64,000 bases of DNA from a bacterium. GTDB lineage: Bacteria; Bdellovibrionota_B; Oligoflexia; Oligoflexales; RGVZ01. Numbering within the stretch: position 1 is the first letter of the stretch; each line of letters starts with the position of its first letter. This document shows positions 55,052 through 62,394 of this stretch, one piece after another. The translations under genes and the position numbers were made by a program. The stretch covers positions 4,157-68,156 of the forward strand of contig JAYVPO010000116.1 in NCBI GenBank assembly GCA_043757325.1, given 5' to 3'. The notes under the pieces were generated by a model that was given only the letters and a program-made list of their open reading frames with translations, was not told where the DNA came from and did not search any database.

Positions 55052-55912
55052 ATGAAAAAGTACATTCCAACAGTTTTGGTAGTCTTGGGATTTAGTTCTT
55101 GCAAAATTACTAGGTCATTAGACGAAAGCCAGGGCCCACAATCTAACTTAGCTTCGGTTGGATTAAAATTTGATGCAGATAAATTTCCTTTTAAAAAAAC
55201 AGTAGAAGTGGAGAAGAAACGCGCTTTTGCAGCCGGAGCCGTTTTGAAATTAAATTTAAAAAACGCAGAGAAATCAGCCGCAAATTGCAAACCTCAAGAT
55301 ATCAAGGATAAAATTGGAGAATTCAGTTTAAAAAATACTAACTTCGAAATTCAAGGGTTAAAACTTAGCGATCAATGTGAGTTTATCTTCGATTTACAAT
55401 TGGTTAGTAAAGATTTAAAGATCGTTTATTTCAAGCAAAATGGCGGACCTAGTTCGCAGAAAATTGACGCGAAACTTGACGACAAGAAAAACAAAGTGGC
55501 AACCGTGAAGCTAACCCTTTGTGTGGACAGTGATCCAGAAAGTTTGTTTGATCCTAGCGTAAAATGTGTGGATTCCAAAACTGGATCAGAAGAAGTCGAC
55601 GCAATTATCGATGTAACTGTTAAGAAAAATGACGCAACATCTCCTTCTAACCCTTCTCCCAAGGCAGCAGAAGTTTCAAAAGCAGTAGATGAAACACTTG
55701 CATTAATCAGTAAATCTGAAAATTCAACTGGTTTAAAAGAAGTTTTTGAAAGTGACCTTAAAGCACTTACAGATAAAAGTTCCGCTACTGTAACCAAAGC
55801 TATTCAGAGTTTGGAAGGAAATCTTTCTAACGGAATGGTGACAACCGAAATTAGTGATAAAATAAAAACTGCGATTAAAAATGCTCGGATGTACCTTGAT
55901 GCTAACGAGTAA
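55052..55912 (+). CDS. Lipoprotein, hypothetical
   Basis: AAAGGA RBS; MKKYIPTVLVVLGFSSC lipobox. Confidence 0.75.
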   Translation: MKKYIPTVLVVLGFSSCKITRSLDESQGPQSNLASVGLKFDADKFPFKKTVEVEKKRAFAAGAVLKLNLKNAEKSAANCKPQDIKDKIGEFSLKNTNFEIQGLKLSDQCEFIFDLQLVSKDLKIVYFKQNGGPSSQKIDAKLDDKKNKVATVKLTLCVDSDPESLFDPSVKCVDSKTGSEEVDAIIDVTVKKNDATSPSNPSPKAAEVSKAVDETLALISKSENSTGLKEVFESDLKALTDKSSATVTKAIQSLEGNLSNGMVTTEISDKIKTAIKNARMYLDANE

Positions 55913-56848
55913 TTAAACTCGGTCTAGTAATCTTTCCATTAAATGAGCGCTGAAATCTCCTTGCGAAAGCATCGATGTTGCAGCGCTCATCAGTATTTTA
56001 GACTCTGTGAGTTTTGAAATTTCATGGGCATAATCCGTATCAGAAATATTAGATTTAGCCGCTGCAATATTTTCTTGATACACATCCAAATAACTTAAAG
56101 CGTGCTGCATTCGGCTTTGTAAGCCACCAAATACGGACCGCTGTTGAGTTAACTGATGCAAGGCTTCGTCGTAAACTGTTGCAAACTTATCGCTGTCACT
56201 TGGACGCATTAACTCAATGGCATCGTTCACACTCATACCATCTCCACCGTCGTATCGTGATAACATGTCTTTGACATCAGGGATTCCAAGTCCTGCAGCG
56301 GTTGCAACCACTGACTTTAAGCCGTCGAATGTCACCAGATTTATATCCTTGTCCGCATTATCGGCAAACTCACTTTTCTGGGGATCTCCCATTCTAAAAA
56401 TAAGCTGCTCGGGAACACCACTGTCCGTTCCATTTAGTAATTTTATTCCATTAAACGTTGTTGTTTCTGCGACGCGGTCCACTTCATCTCGCAATGCAGC
56501 AAATTCCACAAACAAGTACTGCCGATCTTGATCTCCAACAGTATTATTTGATGCAGATACGTTAATTTCTTTCATCCGCAATAATAGATTCGAAACTTCT
56601 TCAAGACCACTTTCGGCGGTTTGTAAAAGTGATATCCCATCATTCACATTACGCTTGCTAGAATTTAAGCCGCGAAGTTTTAATTCTAAGCCATCAGCCA
56701 GCGCACGATCGGCTGGCCGTGGATCTTGTTTGCTAAAGACGGTTCCCGAGCTTAGTTTTTCCAACGAATCAGAAAACTGCTCTTGGGCCTTTTCTAGATG
56801 CCGATTGATGTTACCAGTCAGATAACGATTAGCGATGTTAAAACTCAT
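55913..56848 (-). CDS. Divergent flagellin
   Basis: LEKLSSG, RNVNDGISLLQTAESGL.EV..LL.RMKE, TTFNGIKLL, RSVFGGLQSR, ENIAAAKSNISDTDYA.E. Confidence 0.9.
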   Translation of the reverse strand: MSFNIANRYLTGNINRHLEKAQEQFSDSLEKLSSGTVFSKQDPRPADRALADGLELKLRGLNSSKRNVNDGISLLQTAESGLEEVSNLLLRMKEINVSASNNTVGDQDRQYLFVEFAALRDEVDRVAETTTFNGIKLLNGTDSGVPEQLIFRMGDPQKSEFADNADKDINLVTFDGLKSVVATAAGLGIPDVKDMLSRYDGGDGMSVNDAIELMRPSDSDKFATVYDEALHQLTQQRSVFGGLQSRMQHALSYLDVYQENIAAAKSNISDTDYAHEISKLTESKILMSAATSMLSQGDFSAHLMERLLDRV

Positions 56849-56869
56849 ACCAAGTCACCTCAATTGGGG

Positions 56870-56896
56870 TGTTCGGCAGGTCGGAAAAAAACATAA
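56870..56896 (-). promoter_or_regulatory. sigma28-like promoter of the flagellin gene
   Basis: Minus strand TTATG-N14-GCCGAACA, followed by a GAGG RBS. Confidence 0.55.
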
Positions 56897-56925
56897 GCTT
56901 TATTTTCAATTTTCTCAAATAAATC

Positions 56926-57363
56926 CTATAAACTCTTTCGTGACGGGAGGATCCAGTTGGCTAAAAGCAAAGCAAAGCTTATGGCTGTAGCAACTGAGAT
57001 GACTGTCAAGACATGCTGAATCGCTTCGGTTGTGTGGTCAGACAAGGCCGCAGAGAACGCCCTGTAGATGTAAGTGCCTGGAACTAAAAATATAATTCCC
57101 GGAATTAGAAAAGCTTGTGCAGGAGCGCTGGTGTAACGAGCTAGCAAATGACTTATGGATGCAATCACAAAAGCAATGGCCAAAGTCACCAAGGCAATTT
57201 CATGATCGGTTTCTAAAACAGTCAACGCCACGCGCCCGCAAAAAGCCAGCGCAACTGCATGTAAAAAATAGCGTTTTGGCACTTTAAAGGCGACGGCGAA
57301 ACTAGCGCTGCCGAGCAGAGTAAAAACAAAATAGAGATAATCTTGGGCAAATAGTCGTGCCAT
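56926..57363 (-). CDS. Threonine/serine exporter family, small subunit (YjjB/ThrE_2)
   Basis: FAVAFKVP, PAQAFLIPGIIFLVPG; start uncertain (57363 or 57384). Confidence 0.85.
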   Translation of the reverse strand: MARLFAQDYLYFVFTLLGSASFAVAFKVPKRYFLHAVALAFCGRVALTVLETDHEIALVTLAIAFVIASISHLLARYTSAPAQAFLIPGIIFLVPGTYIYRAFSAALSDHTTEAIQHVLTVISVATAISFALLLANWILPSRKSL

Positions 57364-57370
57364 GTTTTTC

Positions 57371-58162
57371 TTAGCGACCCCCAACTATTCCGTGTAAGCC
57401 GATGGCGCAGGCAACGCCAAAAGCAAGACTTAAGCCTACAATTGCAGCCTCTAATAAGCGCGCCGATCCTGAAGCAAGATTTTTATTGGCAACTTCGTGA
57501 ACGGCATTTACAAAAATTAATCCAGGTACGGGAACGATTAATCCGGCAACAATCAATCTTGTTGGTTCAATATCGGTAAATAAATATTTTAATCCCAACG
57601 CCAAAATTCCAACAATCAAACCCGCGAAAAAATCCGAAACGACCCGCCTATTCTCGTAATCGCTGCTATATCCGTTGATTAAAAAAACAACTACCCCAAG
57701 TATAGCTGCTAATACAACCTCGTGAGCTTGTCCTTGATAGAAATATTCGATAGAAGCCGACGATGCCGCCCCCGCAATCAAACAGACTAAAAACGAATAG
57801 GGCGAACGCTCCAGTTGAATGTTAACAAGTTTAGTTTGAGCTTCGTTAAATGGGATTTTATCCTGATCGATTTGATCGACTAGGTAACTTAAACGAGTAA
57901 GTTTTGTTAAATCAACTCCCCAGTTTTTTACGCGGGTTAGTTCTAATATTTGCTGCTTTTCTTTGCGAATAGTAATCCAAACTACAGTGGGTATTGCGGC
58001 GGCTTCGACTTCGTAGCCCCAAGTTTTACCGATTCGAACTAAAAGATTCTCCACTCGATGCGAACTACTTCCAGACATCAAGGCGAGCCGCGCAACATCC
58101 AGTAAAAAATCTCTTACTTGATTAAATTCCGGACGTGGATTCTGTGCTGCAGCAGAAGTCAT
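57371..58162 (-). CDS. Threonine/serine exporter family, large subunit (YjjP/ThrE)
   Basis: SGSSSHRVE, VDLTKL, LIVPVPGL, ASGSARL. Confidence 0.88.
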   Translation of the reverse strand: MTSAAAQNPRPEFNQVRDFLLDVARLALMSGSSSHRVENLLVRIGKTWGYEVEAAAIPTVVWITIRKEKQQILELTRVKNWGVDLTKLTRLSYLVDQIDQDKIPFNEAQTKLVNIQLERSPYSFLVCLIAGAASSASIEYFYQGQAHEVVLAAILGVVVFLINGYSSDYENRRVVSDFFAGLIVGILALGLKYLFTDIEPTRLIVAGLIVPVPGLIFVNAVHEVANKNLASGSARLLEAAIVGLSLAFGVACAIGLHGIVGGR

Positions 58163-59166
58163 GTAAATTCTTTTATCCAGTGAGCCGCTTGCAAAGCGTA
58201 ATAAGTAAAAATTCCATCGCTTCCCGCTCGCCTTAACGCCGCGAGGGTTTCGATCACACAGGCTTTTTCGTCAAGCCAGTTTTGGGCCGCTGCGGCTTTT
58301 AACATACAGTATTCGCCGCTGACGTGATAAGAAAACACCGGAACTCTAAATTCTTTTTTGACGTTGCGAATAATATCAAGGTAAAGAACACCTGGCTTTA
58401 CCATAACAATATCGGCTCCTTCTTGGAGGTCTAGCTGAACCTCATGCAGAGCTTCATCGGCGTTAAAAAAATTCATTTGGTAGGTTTTTTTGTCGCTTTT
58501 TCCTAGGGCATGTTTCGAGTCCACCGCGTCGCGAAAAGGTCCGTAAAATGACGAAGCATATTTGGCGGCATAAGCGAGAATTAACGTGTCGGGAAAATTA
58601 TTTTGTTCAAGATTTTTACGAATCGCTCCAATCCGTCCATCCATCATATCCGAAGGAGCCACAATGTCAGCACCGGCTTGTACGTGAGACAAGGCTTGTT
58701 TGACCAATACTTCGATGGTGGCGTCGTTTAATATTTTTTGATTGTGATCTACGAGACCATCTTGCCCGTGAGAAGTGTAGGGATCTAAGGCTACATCGGT
58801 AATAACGCCTAAATTCGGATAGGATTTTTTTATGGTTCGAACTGTGCTTTGAACCAACCCATTTTCGTAAAAACTTTCTTGGGCCGAAAGATTTTTTTTA
58901 TTTTTATCAACAATTGGAAACAGCGCTACGGCGGGAATTTTAAAACTCATGACCTGATCGATAACTTCGGGAAGTCTATCGATACTGTACCGATAGACAT
59001 CAGGCATAGAAGGGATTTCTTGCTTTTGATTTTTCCCTTCAACCACAAATATCGGAAGAATGAAATTATTCGCTGAAAGGGTTGTTTCCTGAGTCAACTG
59101 ACGCGAAAAATGCTGAGCACGGGTTCGACGTAGGCGGGTGGTTGGAAACTGACGCGAAAGTCGCAT
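58159..59166 (-). CDS. hemB: Porphobilinogen synthase
   Basis: RLRRTR, DVALDPYTSHGQDG, APSDMMDGRI, KYASSFYGPFRDA, MVKPG, YHVSGEY. Confidence 0.98.
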   Translation of the reverse strand: MRLSRQFPTTRLRRTRAQHFSRQLTQETTLSANNFILPIFVVEGKNQKQEIPSMPDVYRYSIDRLPEVIDQVMSFKIPAVALFPIVDKNKKNLSAQESFYENGLVQSTVRTIKKSYPNLGVITDVALDPYTSHGQDGLVDHNQKILNDATIEVLVKQALSHVQAGADIVAPSDMMDGRIGAIRKNLEQNNFPDTLILAYAAKYASSFYGPFRDAVDSKHALGKSDKKTYQMNFFNADEALHEVQLDLQEGADIVMVKPGVLYLDIIRNVKKEFRVPVFSYHVSGEYCMLKAAAAQNWLDEKACVIETLAALRRAGSDGIFTYYALQAAHWIKEFT

Positions 59167-59262
59167 AAAAATAAAAATTCCTTTTTTGTTTGGTTCTTAA
59201 AGTATCGTACGGTATTCTATAGATAACCTTTTAAATGTAACAGACTTTGTAAGATTTATTCC

Positions 59263-59811
59263 ATGGTAGGAAAAAAAAATCGAATTTTAGGGATTGATCC
59301 GGGGTCACGGATTGTAGGCTTTGCTTTGCTCGAGAAAAAACGCGAGTCGAGTTTCAATCCCAGGGACTTTGTGATCGTCGATGCAGGAGTGTTGCGTGCC
59401 GACTTAAAGCTTTCGATTAATGAACGTCTAGGATCTTTGCATAATGCGTTAAATGAGCTTGTGATGGAGTTGCAGCCAACGATCTGTGTGTTTGAAAAAA
59501 GTTTCAGCGGCGATAATATTTCCACTGGAATCAAGTTGGGACTTGCTCGAGGAGCACTGATGACCGCGGTTATGCGGTGTAACGTTGCGATCGAAGAAGT
59601 TTCCCCAACTCAAGTTAAAAAAAACATTGCAGGTCATGGGCGCACTAGTAAAGAAGACTTAAGTTTAGCACTAAAAGCACTACTCGGTTTTGAGCGTGGA
59701 TTGTTGCCGCACGATTCCACAGATGCGATTGCAGTGGCCTTAAGCTTTGGTTTGCAAATGGGATTTCACAAAGCAACCGAAAAATTCAAAACCTTAGGAG
59801 TGACTAGGTGA
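59263..59811 (+). CDS. ruvC: Holliday junction resolvase RuvC
   Basis: ILGIDPGS, LGLARG, PTQVKK..AG.G...K, DSTDAIAVA. Confidence 0.93.
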   Translation: MVGKKNRILGIDPGSRIVGFALLEKKRESSFNPRDFVIVDAGVLRADLKLSINERLGSLHNALNELVMELQPTICVFEKSFSGDNISTGIKLGLARGALMTAVMRCNVAIEEVSPTQVKKNIAGHGRTSKEDLSLALKALLGFERGLLPHDSTDAIAVALSFGLQMGFHKATEKFKTLGVTR

Positions 59812-60359
59812 CTTGGCAATTATTACTTTTCGGACTTCTTCCGCTGATTGTTTTTGTGCTGGTGGATATTTTTGCAAGTTTTAAGGTTGCCGTTATATGT
59901 TCGATTGTAGCGGCTCTGATAGAAACCGCGTTTACCTATTTTTATTTTCACGAAATTGACGAGATGACTTGGATTACTTTGGGGCTGGTAGTGGGCCTTG
60001 GAGCCGTGGCTTACAAACTTGATAATTCGAAAATTTTTAAATTCCAACCCGTTGTTTTGGGTGTCCTTATTGGAGCCGTTTTTGCGTATTATCAGTATTT
60101 TGATCAGCCGATTCTTTTAAAGTTTCTACCTAAAATGAAAATGTATTTAAGCGAAGATCAGTTGGCAATTGTCAATAGCCCTGAGAACTTACAGCGCATG
60201 GGTGTTTTAAGTGAAAGATTGATTTATGTATTTTTTGTGCATGCAGCTTTAGTGGCATTTGCCGCGGTTAAAATGTCAACCATGTCGTGGTTTTTGATTC
60301 GAAGTATTGGAATTTATATTTTATTGATTGCTGTTGCCCTCATTCCTGTGCAAAATTAG
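59808..60359 (+). CDS. Intracellular septation protein IspZ/YciB-like membrane protein
   Basis: LLPLIVF N-terminus, IFKFQP motif, multiple TMs. Confidence 0.7.
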   Translation: MTWQLLLFGLLPLIVFVLVDIFASFKVAVICSIVAALIETAFTYFYFHEIDEMTWITLGLVVGLGAVAYKLDNSKIFKFQPVVLGVLIGAVFAYYQYFDQPILLKFLPKMKMYLSEDQLAIVNSPENLQRMGVLSERLIYVFFVHAALVAFAAVKMSTMSWFLIRSIGIYILLIAVALIPVQN

Positions 60360-60365
60360 GGATTC

Positions 60366-60439
60366 GGCGCGATAGCCAAGTGGCTAGGCAACTGATTGCA
60401 AATCAGTCTACACCGGTTCGATTCCGGTTCGCGCCTCCA
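60366..60439 (+). tRNA. tRNA-Cys (GCA)
   Basis: GGCGCGA/TCGCGCC acceptor stem, ACTGA-TTGCAAA-TCAGT anticodon arm, GGTTCGATTCC T-arm, encoded CCA. Confidence 0.97.
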
Positions 60440-60561
60440 CTTGACTCTTTTCAATTTATACGGCGTTGCTTCGTCGACGGACGTGCTCATTTGCGAATAG
60501 CAAACTCCGCGCGGTCCGTCTTCCTCGCGCCTTGTCTAAATTGAAAATAGTCTAAGTGGAG
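60435..60561 (-). repeat. RPE-like palindromic element, subfamily 2, copy D, overlapping the tRNA 3' end
   Basis: Terminal IR CTCCACTT/AAGTGGAG. The reverse complement contains ACAAGGCGCGA, GGAGTTTGC-GCAAATGAGCA and CAACGCCG, like copy B. Confidence 0.8.
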
Positions 60562-60721
60562 AACTTGGAAGGTTTAAAGGTGTCGATATTAGTCTGGGAG
60601 TTTTAACTGTAACAATAATTTTTGAGTAAGAAATAATAAAAATTTTATTTCCCGCAATCTCAGTCAAAACGGAAGCGTAGGTATGCGATATAACGTAAAT
60701 ACTCAATGAAAGGAGTATTAT

Positions 60722-61558
60722 ATGTTTTTAGGAAAGAAAGTAAGTTTGCTAAGTTTGGTGTTGGCGGGAATGGTAAACGGTTGCGCTTCCGACGAAGGTG
60801 GTAAAAAGGCTGAAGATACAAAAAAAGCTGACACGGCAAAAGCCGCGCCAGAAAATAAAGATGTTAAAACAACTGATACGAAACCAGAGGTAAAGCCGGA
60901 AGTTAAACCAGAAGTAAAGCCGGAAGTAAAACTAGAAGTAAAGCCGGACGTCAAACCCGAACCTAAGATTATGATAAAGCCAGTAGAAGTTGTCCCACCC
61001 CCAGTGTTTGTGCCTGTCAATACAGCTAATGCTGAAATTGCGGCTCTTGACAAAAAAATCGAATCTTTGAATTCGGCAATTGCTGCACTTCATGGTAACG
61101 TCAACTCAATATTAGCTATTAATAGCCAGAAAATTGAAGATTCAAAGCCAAAACCTTATGAGTTGGTAACTTCAAATAATGATAAAGGTGCCATGGTCAA
61201 TACGAATGGGTTGCGGTATTCTGAGGTTGCTAATGTTTCTCTCCATCCTGGAAAATGGGAAATTCAGGGGATTTTCTACTACTCCGGACATGTCTATCAG
61301 AAAATACTGCGTTGGGGTCTCACTCCGATTGGCGCTTCTAGCGTGGGTTTATCGCTGGAAAATTGTTTGACCGGGGAATTCGGCATAACTAGTCTTGCCA
61401 TTGCTGACTCAGGTGCGGATTTAACGATTACCACACCGACACAGACGATAGATCTAAGTACTACTACAGTCTATAGAATGCATGCGATGGGGGTTGGAGG
61501 TTCTGGTGCTCCGACTCTAGTATATGGCACCATCCGAGCGAAATTCATTCCTCAGTGA
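60722..61558 (+). CDS. Lipoprotein with KPEV-repeat stalk, coiled coil and beta-sandwich head
   Basis: AAGGAG RBS, lipobox VNGC, KPEV repeats, heptads AEIAALDKKIESLNSAIAAL, C-terminal VSLHPGKWEIQG...YGTIRAK. Confidence 0.75.
   Translation: MFLGKKVSLLSLVLAGMVNGCASDEGGKKAEDTKKADTAKAAPENKDVKTTDTKPEVKPEVKPEVKPEVKLEVKPDVKPEPKIMIKPVEVVPPPVFVPVNTANAEIAALDKKIESLNSAIAALHGNVNSILAINSQKIEDSKPKPYELVTSNNDKGAMVNTNGLRYSEVANVSLHPGKWEIQGIFYYSGHVYQKILRWGLTPIGASSVGLSLENCLTGEFGITSLAIADSGADLTITTPTQTIDLSTTTVYRMHAMGVGGSGAPTLVYGTIRAKFIPQ
60881..60964 (+). repeat. In-frame 12-nt tandem repeat (7 units, KPEV-like)
   Basis: AAACCAGAGGTA/AAGCCGGAAGTT... units with synonymous variation. Confidence 0.9.
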
Positions 61559-61578
61559 ATTTGCTGATAACATAACGG

Positions 61579-61609
61579 AAGGCCTGTCATAGCGACAGGC
61601 CTTTTTTTT
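61579..61609 (+). terminator. Rho-independent terminator
   Basis: AAGGCCTGTC-ATAGC-GACAGGCCTT followed by a T-tract, between convergent genes. Confidence 0.9.
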
Positions 61610-61611
61610 AA

Positions 61612-62394
61612 TTACTGTCGGAGTAAAAATTCTTTGGTTAAAAAATTAATCCGACCACGTTCATCCCACAACGTTTCTGCGTTGATGAGGAGTTTTGTGT
61701 TGCGACCTTTGAGATCGTCAAGTTTCAAAGCCGAAACCCCCTCCATGGGAATTGTTTCGAAATCATTTGGCTGTTTTGTCGAAAAGCTTTCTTCTATCCA
61801 CGAAAGTAGGGGATATCGTCCGAGCATGCTTGTCCAATACTTTGGATCTGAATAAGAATAGTTTCTTAGTAATCCAACTGCGCGGCTGTTATCGGTAATT
61901 TCCATATTGGAAAGCTGCCCATGTACCATGAAAGACGTTACCGGATTGGAAAGATTTTTTTCTAAATGGTTTTTTGCAAATTTTAGAATTTTTAAAATGT
62001 CCTCACCGCGATAAAGAGTTAATGGTATGTCCCCGTCACAATCTTTTATGTTACAGGTGTCTTTTAAATCCGCAAAACTCCAAAAATTGGGTGCGTTGAT
62101 GGGGCTAACTTGAGAGGCTTGCAGAAGACTTAAAGTTGGCTTTAAATATAGTCCGATTTCGTCATGGAAATTTACAACCGAGAGAAGTTTGCTACGGTCT
62201 GAACGTGAAGCCATGTCAAATATTTCCGTTTCCAAGAAGTGCACAAAATGCACGTTGGCAAATTCTTCGCGAAAATTTTGAAACACTAAGATATTCCTAG
62301 GTTCAAGGCTTTGCTGAGTCCAAATCACAGCAATATTTTGGGCCGCAGCCGAATAGTTTAAATTCGCCAATATAAATGCAAATAAATAATTCAT
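61612..62394 (-). CDS. Secreted polysaccharide-deacetylase-like protein, apparently degenerate
   Basis: Signal peptide; FVHFL, DEIGLY and PVTSF..HG segments resemble the NodB-type barrel; ATGA overlap with the peptidase gene. Confidence 0.45.
   Translation of the reverse strand: MNYLFAFILANLNYSAAAQNIAVIWTQQSLEPRNILVFQNFREEFANVHFVHFLETEIFDMASRSDRSKLLSVVNFHDEIGLYLKPTLSLLQASQVSPINAPNFWSFADLKDTCNIKDCDGDIPLTLYRGEDILKILKFAKNHLEKNLSNPVTSFMVHGQLSNMEITDNSRAVGLLRNYSYSDPKYWTSMLGRYPLLSWIEESFSTKQPNDFETIPMEGVSALKLDDLKGRNTKLLINAETLWDERGRINFLTKEFLLRQ

Noticed and set aside
60287-60544. 85-aa track ORF
   Set aside because: It overlaps tRNA-Cys and repeat D; spurious.
60366-61610. Integrative element at tRNA-Cys
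   Set aside because: No integrase, and no direct-repeat copy of the tRNA 3' end was found in the window.
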